Source: a virus
Lineage: Duplodnaviria; Caudoviricetes
Virus record (IMG/VR): IMGVR_UViG_3300032315_000109
Coordinates: 1 to 53,264 of that record
DNA length: 53,264 nucleotides
Strand: one strand, 5' to 3'
The translations under genes and the position numbers were made by a program. Numbering within the stretch: the stretch's first letter is position 1; each line of letters starts with the position of its first letter. Of this stretch, positions 36,102-45,239 are shown in pieces. Below the pieces are notes generated by a model that saw only the letters and a list, made by a program, of their open reading frames with translations, was not told where the DNA came from and did not search any database.

Positions 36102-37835
36102 ATGGCATACATAACCATACCGCAGCTAACCGCAGGAACAGCACTTACTGGTCTAGAACAGTTTGAAGCTGTTCAGTCTTCTGCTTCAGTTAAGTTAACT
36201 GCTAATCAGCTTAAAACATTCGTCAACCTAAATCCGCAATTTATTATTACTGATTCAAGCATTAATACTGTAGCTGTAGCAGCAAACTTTATTCATGACA
36301 CAACAGCAAACCCTGCAACAATTACTGCTGGCATGGGTGTTTCTGTTAATTTAAGTGCAGAGCTAAATGTAAATGGTGTATTTAATGGTGCATCAATAGC
36401 ATCAGTTGCTGAGAATGTTACTTCTGGTTCAGAGGCAATGAACCTGCAATTAAAAACATCATTAGCTGGAGCAGCTCCAACAACTAAGGTTTTAATTGCT
36501 AGTAATGGTAGGGTTACGATCACTCCTGAAGTAACATTAGTTGATAATCTTTACATTGATGCCATCAACACAAATAGCTCCATAGCATTTCCAATTACCT
36601 TAAACCACAAAACTACAGACAATACTGCTGCTACTGGTATCGGTACTGGCATATTATTCCAGTGTAATCTTAGTGGAGCTGGATCAACTTCTGGGGTTGG
36701 TGTTGGTCAATTAAATATGATAGCTACTGATGTAAGTTCAGTATCAACATCAAAGTTTGATTTTGTAATTAGGCTATTAAGAAATGTAACTCTTAGTGAG
36801 GTTGCTCGCTTTACTAGCGATAAGAAGCTTGGTGTTGGAACTAATACTCCAGCTACTGCTCTTGAGGTTGCTCTTGATGATGCAAACAATAGTTCGGCTG
36901 TATCTGTTTCTCGTTTTACTCATACTACTTCAAGCAGTGCTGCTGTTGGTATTGGTACTGCTGTAGAGTTTGCAACAGAAACAAATGATGGCATCAAAGT
37001 TGGAGCTGCAATATTTACTCAGTCAACTGACCTCACAGTTGGTTCAGAAGACTTTGTTCTTAGTATTGGGACAATGACTAATGGTGCATCTCCTACTGAA
37101 AAATTTAGAGTCGGTGAAGTAATTTACACACCAAGATTTATTGGTGCTGGTGTAATTCCTACTAATGCTTGGCTAACTGCTGGTGCTGGCACTTCTAGCA
37201 TTGCAGCTTCTAAATTTACTGCTGGATCATTACTATCATCTCCCATAACTGGTGGTTTTGAATATGATGGATATGCTGCTTACTTTACACCTCAAAGCAC
37301 AAATCGCGGTGTATTGCCAGCAGAACAGTTTTTCCAATTAGGAGCTGATTTATCTGGTAATGGTGCTACTACTGCTGCTCAAACAATGTTTGGTAGGGTT
37401 GTATCTTTAGCCTCTAATACTAGGTATGCATATGAAATATGCGCACTTATTACCTGTACCGCAGGTGGCGGAAAAACTATTGGTTATGCATTAGGTGGTA
37501 CAGCAGTTCTTAGCGCCCATTCATATACTGTAATTAGTTCTGAGGTTGGAACTTCAACTACGGTAAGCCATGCGCACATAATGCGTAATAGAGTTTTATC
37601 TAGCTTTGCTACTCCAGTTGTAATGAGTCCTTCTGGCGCTGCTGGCTCTACATCACTAAGAATTTGTGGAACAATTGACATGTTGTCTGGCTCTTCAGGT
37701 ACTGTTGATTTCCAATTTAACTATTCTACAAATGGAACAGTAGTAACAATTGGTGCAGGTTCTTATGTAAAGATTTACCCAGTTCAAACAATTAATGCTA
37801 CTACCGACAATACTCAAATTGGTACTTGGAGCTAA
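36102..37835 (+). CDS. Fibre protein 2
   Basis: N-terminus resembles fibre 1 (I.QL....ALTGLE....VQ....KLT); LGVGTNTPATALEV motif. Confidence 0.75.
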   Translation: MAYITIPQLTAGTALTGLEQFEAVQSSASVKLTANQLKTFVNLNPQFIITDSSINTVAVAANFIHDTTANPATITAGMGVSVNLSAELNVNGVFNGASIASVAENVTSGSEAMNLQLKTSLAGAAPTTKVLIASNGRVTITPEVTLVDNLYIDAINTNSSIAFPITLNHKTTDNTAATGIGTGILFQCNLSGAGSTSGVGVGQLNMIATDVSSVSTSKFDFVIRLLRNVTLSEVARFTSDKKLGVGTNTPATALEVALDDANNSSAVSVSRFTHTTSSSAAVGIGTAVEFATETNDGIKVGAAIFTQSTDLTVGSEDFVLSIGTMTNGASPTEKFRVGEVIYTPRFIGAGVIPTNAWLTAGAGTSSIAASKFTAGSLLSSPITGGFEYDGYAAYFTPQSTNRGVLPAEQFFQLGADLSGNGATTAAQTMFGRVVSLASNTRYAYEICALITCTAGGGKTIGYALGGTAVLSAHSYTVISSEVGTSTTVSHAHIMRNRVLSSFATPVVMSPSGAAGSTSLRICGTIDMLSGSSGTVDFQFNYSTNGTVVTIGAGSYVKIYPVQTINATTDNTQIGTWS

Positions 37836-37837
37836 TC

Positions 37838-38137
37838 ATGGCGATTATTAAAGGTTGGCATTTTGCAAAAGGCGGTCAGGTTAATTTGACTGTTAAGCAT
37901 AAAAATCCAGAGGGTGGTTTAAGCCAAGCAGGTCGTGATGCTTATAATAAAGCAACTGGCAGTAATTTAAAGCCACCAGTCTCTAAAGAGGCTGCTGCAA
38001 AGAGTCCTGCTAAAGCTTCTCGTAGAAGTTCCTTCTGCGCTCGTATGGGTGGCATGAAAGCAAAGCTAACTTCTGCTGAGACTGCAAAAGACCCTAATTC
38101 AAGAATCAATAAAGCCTTACGCAAGTGGGATTGTTAA
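37838..38137 (+). CDS. DUF6321-like basic phage protein with N-terminal FAKGG motif
   Basis: GGLSQAGR..YN..TGSNLKPP...RRSSFCARMGGM...DPNSRINKALRKWDC. Confidence 0.75.
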   Translation: MAIIKGWHFAKGGQVNLTVKHKNPEGGLSQAGRDAYNKATGSNLKPPVSKEAAAKSPAKASRRSSFCARMGGMKAKLTSAETAKDPNSRINKALRKWDC

Positions 38138-38153
38138 ATTAAAGGAAATAATC

Positions 38154-39749
38154 ATGGGCAAAAATATTAAGTATGGTGAGTTTACTTTTAACAAGCCAAA
38201 CCCTCGTCCAGCCGTAAAAGGCTATGCATTTGGTGGTGCTACTGAACCAGTCGCCGCTCCTATGGCTGCTAAAAAGCCAATGCCAACTCCTGCTCCTCTT
38301 GACCCCGCTATGCAGCGCCAAAAAGAGAATCAAGCGGTTATTAATAAAGCAAATGCAAATCCTAATAGAAAAGGAAGCCCGCTTCTAATTGATCCAGTTG
38401 CGATAAAAGCTGCGACTGATAGGAACATGGAGATTAGGAAAGCTACTGATGCTAGACATAAAGCAGAAGCTATAGCGAATAGAATACCTCCTAGTAAAGA
38501 CCCATATTCAGCATTAAAACGTAGCATGGATGCTATACAGGATCGTAGCAGTGCGCCTATAGCAAGACAAAAAGGCGGCAAGGTTGGATTGTGGGACAAC
38601 ATCCATGCAAAAAGAGAGCGTATTAAAGAAGGCTCTGGTGAGAAAATGAGAAAAGCTGGCTCTAAAGGCGCTCCTTCTGCACAAGATTTCAAAAACTCCG
38701 CTAAAAAGATGCAAGAAGGCGGTGAGGTAAAAGGTTATGCGGCAGGTGGTATGTATGACTTTGATGATGCACCAATTCAACGAAGGAATGCCAAGGCAAA
38801 AGCTACAAAATTAAAGTTAGCTGAAGACGCAAAAAGAGAAGCTGCTGAATCTAGAAGCCGATATGAAGAAGGTCAAGGTAAGGCAAATTTACTGCCAAGC
38901 CCTGTAAGAATGAAAGAAGGTGGAGAAGTTCAGGGTTATGCGTCAGGTGGTATTTTGTCTAAAGCATTAAAAATGGTTGAAAATATGCGTGGCAGCCAAG
39001 ATAGCCAACCAACAGATACACAACCATCCTTAGTTAAAGATAATTTAAGTAGTGCAATGCAAAAAATTCAACCAAAAATTGGTTTGATTTCTTCTGCGCT
39101 TAGGGATTCCAATCCACAGCCAGCTCAATCCCAAAATATGGGTAATATAACTAATGCATTGCAAAGATTTTCTCCGAGTTTTTCACAAAATCGTGGTTTT
39201 ATTGGAAGGGCGCTTGCTACCAATCCGCAGCCAGCTCCAGCTCAAAATTCTAGTAATGTAACTAGAGCTTTACAAAGTATTTCCCCAAAATTTTCAAAAG
39301 TTCGTGGTTTGATTGGAAGATCACTTCCTTCGAATACTGGGTTAAAAGAAGGTGGTAGTGTTTCAAAAGATAATCCTAAAGCATCAAAAAATGCAAAATC
39401 TATGGAAAGCTCAGCTAAAGACAAGGCTCAAGACAAGGCAATGATCAAAAAAGCTATGAAGCAGCATGATCAGCAAGAGCATAAAGGTGGTAAAGGTACT
39501 GTTTTAGAGCTTAAAAAAGGCGGCAAAGCTCCAGTTAAAGGTGTAAAGCTAGTTGGCATGAAGCGAGAGCCTGAAGCTGTTATAAAGAAAGAAATATCTT
39601 TGCTTAAAAAGGCTGGCGCTCCTGCAAAGATGATTAAGCATGAAGAAATTGAAGCTATGTCTCCAATGTCATCCATGGGTGGTATGCGCAAAGGTGGGTC
39701 TGCTATGAAAAAAGGTGTTCCAACCTTTAATCGCACCCCTAAATGCTAA
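38154..39749 (+). CDS. Basic low-complexity modular virion protein with 9-10 xxGG motifs
   Basis: YAFGG, RQKGG, MQEGG, YAAGG, MKEGG, YASGG, LKEGG, LKKGG, MRKGG; AAGGA RBS. Confidence 0.8.
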   Translation: MGKNIKYGEFTFNKPNPRPAVKGYAFGGATEPVAAPMAAKKPMPTPAPLDPAMQRQKENQAVINKANANPNRKGSPLLIDPVAIKAATDRNMEIRKATDARHKAEAIANRIPPSKDPYSALKRSMDAIQDRSSAPIARQKGGKVGLWDNIHAKRERIKEGSGEKMRKAGSKGAPSAQDFKNSAKKMQEGGEVKGYAAGGMYDFDDAPIQRRNAKAKATKLKLAEDAKREAAESRSRYEEGQGKANLLPSPVRMKEGGEVQGYASGGILSKALKMVENMRGSQDSQPTDTQPSLVKDNLSSAMQKIQPKIGLISSALRDSNPQPAQSQNMGNITNALQRFSPSFSQNRGFIGRALATNPQPAPAQNSSNVTRALQSISPKFSKVRGLIGRSLPSNTGLKEGGSVSKDNPKASKNAKSMESSAKDKAQDKAMIKKAMKQHDQQEHKGGKGTVLELKKGGKAPVKGVKLVGMKREPEAVIKKEISLLKKAGAPAKMIKHEEIEAMSPMSSMGGMRKGGSAMKKGVPTFNRTPKC

Positions 39750-39818
39750 TAAGTTAATTTATAATCTAGTCTCTTGAGATCGCTGTTTCAGCGAGCTGCG
39801 ACTTGAAGGAGAATAAAA

Positions 39819-40805
39819 GTGGCGGTTTCTGGAACAGTTTCTCAAACTGTATTTAATACTCGCAAAATTATTGATCATGCGTTTCGCAAATGCCGTTTGC
39901 CGCCTGAAGGGGTTGGTGGCGAGCAAATGGTTACCGCTCAAGAAACTTTGTACCTATTGCTATCCGCTCTGGCAAACAGAGGGCTTCAGCTATGGTGCAT
40001 TGAAAAGCTAATCCTTCCACTCCAACCAGCTAATGCAGAAGTCCCAGTTGGCAATGGCATTGTTGATTTACTTAATACAAATTACCGCACAGTAGAAGCT
40101 CAAACTGGTGTCACTACTATCACAAGTAATTCATATACAGTAAATTTTACTAGCCCAACCTCAATATCTACAGTAGGTCTGCTTTATGGTTCTAGTGTAA
40201 GCACTAATTATTTAGTTCAAACTTCTACAAACGGAACTACTTGGACGACTCTGCTCGTAATGGATGCTGCTGGTTTAGCTAATAAGTGGACATGGAAAGA
40301 CGTTCCAGTACCTATAACCACTTCATACATCAGAGTTTTTGGTTATGGGGTAGGTTTTTCTCCTGCTCAATTTGTATTTGGTAACACACCAAATGAAATA
40401 CCAATGGCTCGTTTGAATCGAGACAGCTATGCAAACCTACCAAACAAAGCATTTCAAGGTAAACCTTTACAGTTTTGGTTAGACAGAACTCTTGATGAGC
40501 CAATCATGTACATATGGCCTGTCCCAAGCGTATCAACTGCAATAGCTCAAGTCACTACCTATGTGAAGCGTTACATCATGGATGTAGGTACATTAACGCA
40601 AGAAATTGAAGTCCCACAGCGTTGGTATGAAGCTATTGTGTATCAGTTAGCAGCAAGATTTGCAGAAGAGCTTCCACAAGTTGACCCAGCAATGATCCCT
40701 ATTATTGATCAGAAGGCTATAAGGGCGCTTAATGAAGCAGAGATGGAAGAGCGTGATAACTCTCCAATTTATTTCACTCCTAACATTGCGGTGTATACAA
40801 GATGA
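39819..40805 (+). CDS. Head-tail adaptor-like protein with central beta-sandwich insertion
   Basis: LANRGLQLW...Y.NLPNK.FQGKPLQFW.DR...IWPVP...VPQRWYEAI..LA. Confidence 0.65.
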   Translation: MAVSGTVSQTVFNTRKIIDHAFRKCRLPPEGVGGEQMVTAQETLYLLLSALANRGLQLWCIEKLILPLQPANAEVPVGNGIVDLLNTNYRTVEAQTGVTTITSNSYTVNFTSPTSISTVGLLYGSSVSTNYLVQTSTNGTTWTTLLVMDAAGLANKWTWKDVPVPITTSYIRVFGYGVGFSPAQFVFGNTPNEIPMARLNRDSYANLPNKAFQGKPLQFWLDRTLDEPIMYIWPVPSVSTAIAQVTTYVKRYIMDVGTLTQEIEVPQRWYEAIVYQLAARFAEELPQVDPAMIPIIDQKAIRALNEAEMEERDNSPIYFTPNIAVYTR

Positions 40806-41029
40806 GCATTTGGTACGATCCAACAGGCAAGTCATCTTATGGCATTGGTCTTTGCGACCGATGCAGTAGAAAGATGTCAATTACTGATTTATATTCAGAC
40901 CCTAACAGCCCCGGACTTCGGGTTTGTCGTGATGACTTGGATGATCTTGATCCATACCGCTTACCAGCTCGCCAAACGGAAAATATTACATTGCCGTTTG
41001 TTCGACCAGATAGACCATTGGAGGTTTAA
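40802..41029 (+). CDS. Small Cys-containing virion-module protein
   Basis: GLCDRCSRK...GLRVC..DLD...RPD. Confidence 0.75.
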   Translation: MSIWYDPTGKSSYGIGLCDRCSRKMSITDLYSDPNSPGLRVCRDDLDDLDPYRLPARQTENITLPFVRPDRPLEV

Positions 41030-42790
41030 ATGCCAGTAATTATTACAAAAAATAGTTCTTCTGCTGGTGCAGTTCCGTCATCAGGTCAGTTAGTTCGTGG
41101 TGAATTAGCGGTTAATGTAACGGACAGAAAACTATATACGCTTAATGCAAGTAACAATGTTGTTCTTCTTTCTTCTGGTGAGATTACTTTAACTACTACT
41201 GGAACAAGTGGTGCGGCAACTTTAGTTAGCAATGCTTTAAATATTCCAATTTATGGAAATGGCACTGTAACAAGTTTAAGCGTTGCTTCTGCAAATGGAT
41301 TTGCTGGAACGGTAGCAACTGCCACAACAACACCTGCAATTACTCTTACAACTAGCGTTACAGGCATAATTAAAGGGAATGGTGGCGGTCTTTTTGCTGC
41401 TGTAGCTAACTCTGATTTTCAATCCCCAGTTAGTTTGACTACTCTTAACACTTCTGGTGCAGCAACATTTTCATCTAATGTATTTAACATTCCTCAGTAT
41501 CAGGGTGTCATTTCATTGACGACTACTGGTACTTCTGGTGCTGCTACATTCTCATCTAATACTTTAAATATTCCAAACTATGCGGTTGCGGTAGCTGCTA
41601 CCCCTACTGCTCTTGGTTTGGTTTTTGGTGCTACTGGTAGTGGTGCTTCAGCTAATACCTCATTAGGGAATAATGCGGCAATTAATGCTGCTGCTACTTC
41701 AGCAGTCGCTGTAGGTGTTGGGTCAACAATTGGTTCTGGTGGCGCATCTGGAACAGCAGTAGGAGGAGGTTCATCTGTTACAGGTGCAAGTGGCACAGCA
41801 ATAGGCTCTTCATCCTCATCCGTTGGAACTGGCGCTGCTTTTGGATCAGGATCAAATGTTTTAGCTACTGGGGCTGCTGCACTAGGTTATAACGCAGACG
41901 TGCAAGCTACTGGAACAAGTGGATTATCAATTGGTAATGCTGCATCAAACTCTGCCCCATCTGGTATAGCTATTGGAGCGTCAGCAAATGTTGGTGCAAC
42001 ATCAAATAATGGTATTGCTATTGGAGCAAGCGCAACAATTTTAACTTCAAATCCGGGTGCAATTGCAATTGGCAATGGAACAGGCGCAAATAATTCTGCT
42101 GTTGCGATTGGAACAAGTGCAAGCGCTCTAGCACTTAACGCTATAGCTCTTGGTGCTAATACCTCAGCTTCTGCCTCTGATACTATATCTATAGGTAGAT
42201 CAAATAATGCAGCAGTTACTCGATCAATACTGATTGGCAATCAAATTAATGGCTCTAATGGCACGATGATTGTATTAAGTACACAGTCAACTGCATTTAC
42301 ACCATTAAATGCAGGTGTGTTTATTAATGCACCAAGAAATTCTACTAACACAGCATCTTTGTCTGGTGGATCAGTACAGTGCGATCCAAATACTAAAGAA
42401 ATATTTTACACAACTGAATCTTTTAGTGCTTATGGCGTTAATTTCCAAAGACAGGCTGCGGCAACCGCATTTAGTGCTGCCGCAACCGTAACTGCTGCTC
42501 AACTAGCTACTGGAATTTTTACGTGTACTGGTGCTAGTACATATGCATTGACAATGCCAAGTGGGGCTTCAATTGATTCACAGTTTCCCATATTGGCTAC
42601 TAACAGCATTACAAATGCTTCTTTTGATCTAGCTATTATAAATAACTCAACTACAGTAGCTGTAACAATTACTGCTGGTTCTGGCACTACACTTGGCTCT
42701 GGTCAAACCTCTATTGCTGCATCAAGTTCAGCATTATTTAGGTTTCGTAGAACTGGAACTAGTGCCTATGTTTATTACAGGATTGCTTAA
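41030..42790 (+). CDS. Fibre/adhesin 3 with Mtd-like N-terminus and YadA-head-like repeats
   Basis: KNSSSAGAVP....L..GELAVNVTDRKLY; many xAIG/xALG repeats at about 14-aa spacing. Confidence 0.8.
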   Translation: MPVIITKNSSSAGAVPSSGQLVRGELAVNVTDRKLYTLNASNNVVLLSSGEITLTTTGTSGAATLVSNALNIPIYGNGTVTSLSVASANGFAGTVATATTTPAITLTTSVTGIIKGNGGGLFAAVANSDFQSPVSLTTLNTSGAATFSSNVFNIPQYQGVISLTTTGTSGAATFSSNTLNIPNYAVAVAATPTALGLVFGATGSGASANTSLGNNAAINAAATSAVAVGVGSTIGSGGASGTAVGGGSSVTGASGTAIGSSSSSVGTGAAFGSGSNVLATGAAALGYNADVQATGTSGLSIGNAASNSAPSGIAIGASANVGATSNNGIAIGASATILTSNPGAIAIGNGTGANNSAVAIGTSASALALNAIALGANTSASASDTISIGRSNNAAVTRSILIGNQINGSNGTMIVLSTQSTAFTPLNAGVFINAPRNSTNTASLSGGSVQCDPNTKEIFYTTESFSAYGVNFQRQAAATAFSAAATVTAAQLATGIFTCTGASTYALTMPSGASIDSQFPILATNSITNASFDLAIINNSTTVAVTITAGSGTTLGSGQTSIAASSSALFRFRRTGTSAYVYYRIA

Positions 42791-42792
42791 TT

Positions 42793-43014
42793 ATGGAATC
42801 ACAATTTTTAATTAATGTTGTATTTGCAGTTGCTGGATGTTTTGGTGGCTGGATACTTAATAACATATCTAGATCAATAATTCGTCTTGAAGATAAAGTT
42901 GCAGAGCTTCCTCGCACCTATGTTCAGAAAGATGATTATCGTCGTGATATAGATGATGTAAAAGGTATGCTTAAACAAATTTTTGACAAGCTAGATAACA
43001 AAGCTGACAAATGA
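42793..43014 (+). CDS. Small N-terminal transmembrane protein in the lysis cassette
   Basis: TM segment followed by YVQKDDYRRDI...IFDKLD.KADK coil. Confidence 0.7.
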   Translation: MESQFLINVVFAVAGCFGGWILNNISRSIIRLEDKVAELPRTYVQKDDYRRDIDDVKGMLKQIFDKLDNKADK

Positions 43015-43023
43015 AAGTAAATT

Positions 43024-43644
43024 ATGATCGACCCGATGACAATAGGGTTAGCTATACAGGGCGTAAGGCTCGTAGTTAACGCAGTTAAATCAGCAGCCGA
43101 TGAGGCTCGAGAAGCTGTTGATAGTATCCAAGAGTGCGTTGACTCAGGAAAAAAGTTAGGTCAGTCACTTTCGCCTGTGAAGAAGTTTTTCTCAGCAGCA
43201 AGTAGATATGAAGAGAATAGATCGCAATTAGAAGATGCAAAGAAAAAGCAAGATGAAGCAATAGCAAATGGGCAACCAGTAGATGACCCAATCAGTGATG
43301 CTGAGTTTGTGATGGACATGATGGCGGCAGATAGGGAAATTACACAGTATTACGCTCAGATCAAGCATGTAATGATTTACCACTTTGATGAGAGTGGGAT
43401 GTGGGATGAGTTCTGGCAAAGATTAAGTAAGTTACGTCGTGAGCGTGAAGCTAAAGCAGAAGACGCTAGACGAGCAGCAACAGAAGCAAGATTAGCAATA
43501 GCAGCAGAAAAAATGCGTAAGAAGCGCAAACTACAACGCACGTTAAATATTATATATAACTGCATAGGTGGGTTTGTAATCACTGCAATTATTGCAGGGT
43601 TTGCGTGGTTTATTCACTGGATGTTTGATCAAGGGGCAAATTAA
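43024..43644 (+). CDS. Coiled-coil protein with C-terminal transmembrane segment (lysis region)
   Basis: MIDPMTIGLA start; basic stretch then a hydrophobic helix. Confidence 0.7.
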   Translation: MIDPMTIGLAIQGVRLVVNAVKSAADEAREAVDSIQECVDSGKKLGQSLSPVKKFFSAASRYEENRSQLEDAKKKQDEAIANGQPVDDPISDAEFVMDMMAADREITQYYAQIKHVMIYHFDESGMWDEFWQRLSKLRREREAKAEDARRAATEARLAIAAEKMRKKRKLQRTLNIIYNCIGGFVITAIIAGFAWFIHWMFDQGAN

Positions 43645-44144
43645 TGTTACCACTACTAGTACCAATCCTATCCCAGCTTGCAGGAGCTGGCATGCAGAAG
43701 GTCGTTGATTCTGTATTAGACAAAGGTGTTTCTGCGGTTGAAGAAAAGCTAGGCATAACTTTAACTCCTGATTCCGATGGGAAGCTATCGGATGAAAAGA
43801 TAGCATCACTTAAAGAAGCTGCTATGAAACATGAAGAGTTCATGTTTGAGCAAGAAGTGAAAGATCGTGGCGATGCAAGAGCTGCACGTATAGCGATAGC
43901 AACAAATCCTAATGTGCATTGGCTTGAGAAGTTAGTTATGCCTATCTTAGCATTGGGTATTGTGATGGTGGCATTTCTATTGGTTGGTATTTTGATGTTT
44001 GTGAATATTCCAGACAGTCAGGAAAATATCGTTATCTATGCTTTGGGATTTCTTACAAGTGCTGCAACTCAAGTCATAAGCTTTTATTTTGGTAGCTCAC
44101 AAGGCAGCAAAGATAAATCAGATGCATTGGCGTTAAAAAAATGA
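43644..44144 (+). CDS. Putative holin
   Basis: DRGDAR, two TM helices, FYFGSSQGS..K; precedes the endolysin. Confidence 0.7.
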   Translation: MLPLLVPILSQLAGAGMQKVVDSVLDKGVSAVEEKLGITLTPDSDGKLSDEKIASLKEAAMKHEEFMFEQEVKDRGDARAARIAIATNPNVHWLEKLVMPILALGIVMVAFLLVGILMFVNIPDSQENIVIYALGFLTSAATQVISFYFGSSQGSKDKSDALALKK

Positions 44145-44584
44145 ACTTATCTCCAAACTTCACGCTAGAAGAGATGACCGCTAGTGAAACAGCGGAGCGT
44201 CATGGTATTGACAATACACCTGATAATGATGTGTTGATGAACTTGCGTCGCCTAGCTTTATTTTTGGAAGAAGTGCGAACTGTTGTTGGCATGCCATTAC
44301 GCATAAATTCTGCATTTCGCAGTGTAGAGGCCAACCGCCTAGTCGGAGGAAAACCTACCAGCCAACATTGCCTTGGGGTTGCAGCAGACCTTAAAGTAAA
44401 AGGTATGACTCCCAATGAGGTTGTATCTGCAATCATAAAAGCAGGTTTGCCATACGATCAGGTGATAAGAGAATTTGACTCATGGACTCATGTGAGCATC
44501 CCAAACACTAAAGATGCGAAGCCTAGAAAAATGGCTCTCATTATTGATAAAAAAGGTACAAGACCTTTTAGCAAGGAGAAGTAA
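44141..44584 (+). CDS. Endolysin, peptidase M15A family
   Basis: LSPNFTLEE, INSAFR, SQHCLGVAAD, WTHVS. Confidence 0.88.
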   Translation: MNLSPNFTLEEMTASETAERHGIDNTPDNDVLMNLRRLALFLEEVRTVVGMPLRINSAFRSVEANRLVGGKPTSQHCLGVAADLKVKGMTPNEVVSAIIKAGLPYDQVIREFDSWTHVSIPNTKDAKPRKMALIIDKKGTRPFSKEK

Positions 44585-45237
44585 TGCCAGTAGCAATGAC
44601 ATTCCAATCACTAAGAGATGATGTAAGAAATTATCTTGAGCGTGGAGCTTCTGCTGCTACAGACCCAATAGTCTATGAGCAGATACCAAAGCTAATTAAC
44701 TTCGCTGAGCGTAGGATTGCTCGCGACATAAAGATTCAAGGATTTCAAACTGTTGTTACAACTGCTATGCAAGCTGGAGTTGCTGTTATTGCTAAACCAG
44801 ACAGATGGAGAGAAACAGTATCTATAAATATTGGTACTGGCGCAGGTTCAAATAATAGGCAATTATTATTTACTCGTAGCTATGAATATTGCAGAACGTA
44901 TTGGCCTAATGAAACTGCTACAGCGCAGCCTGTATTTTATGCTGACTATAATTATCAGCATTGGGTGTTTGCCCCTACTCCTGATGTGGCATATCCGATT
45001 GAAATTGTTTATTACGAGTTACCACAATTGCTTGATGAGGGAAATCAGCAAAACTGGCTAACAAATTTTGCTCCGAATGCATTGCTTTATGGAACTTTAC
45101 TTGAAGCTACACCATTCTTAAAGAATGATGAGCGCATTCCTGTATGGCTTAATTTTTATCAAATGTCTATTGATTCATTGAATACTGAAGACATGAAAAA
45201 AATTATAGATAGATCGACTACAAGGCAAGAGGCTTAA
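44584..45237 (+). CDS. Head-tail adaptor / tail tubular protein A-like
   Basis: IPKLINFAERRIAR...APTPD..Y....YY...NWL....P.ALLYG.L.EA.PFLKNDER. Confidence 0.7.
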   Translation: MPVAMTFQSLRDDVRNYLERGASAATDPIVYEQIPKLINFAERRIARDIKIQGFQTVVTTAMQAGVAVIAKPDRWRETVSINIGTGAGSNNRQLLFTRSYEYCRTYWPNETATAQPVFYADYNYQHWVFAPTPDVAYPIEIVYYELPQLLDEGNQQNWLTNFAPNALLYGTLLEATPFLKNDERIPVWLNFYQMSIDSLNTEDMKKIIDRSTTRQEA

Positions 45238-45239
45238 TA

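Noticed and set aside
32816-42687. Many minus-strand ORFs opposite the fibre genes
   Set aside because: Shadow ORFs caused by Gly/Ala/Thr/Ser codon bias; no RBS or domain signal
41030-42790. Diversity-generating retroelement suggested by the Mtd-like N-terminus
   Set aside because: No reverse transcriptase gene and no TR/VR pair seen
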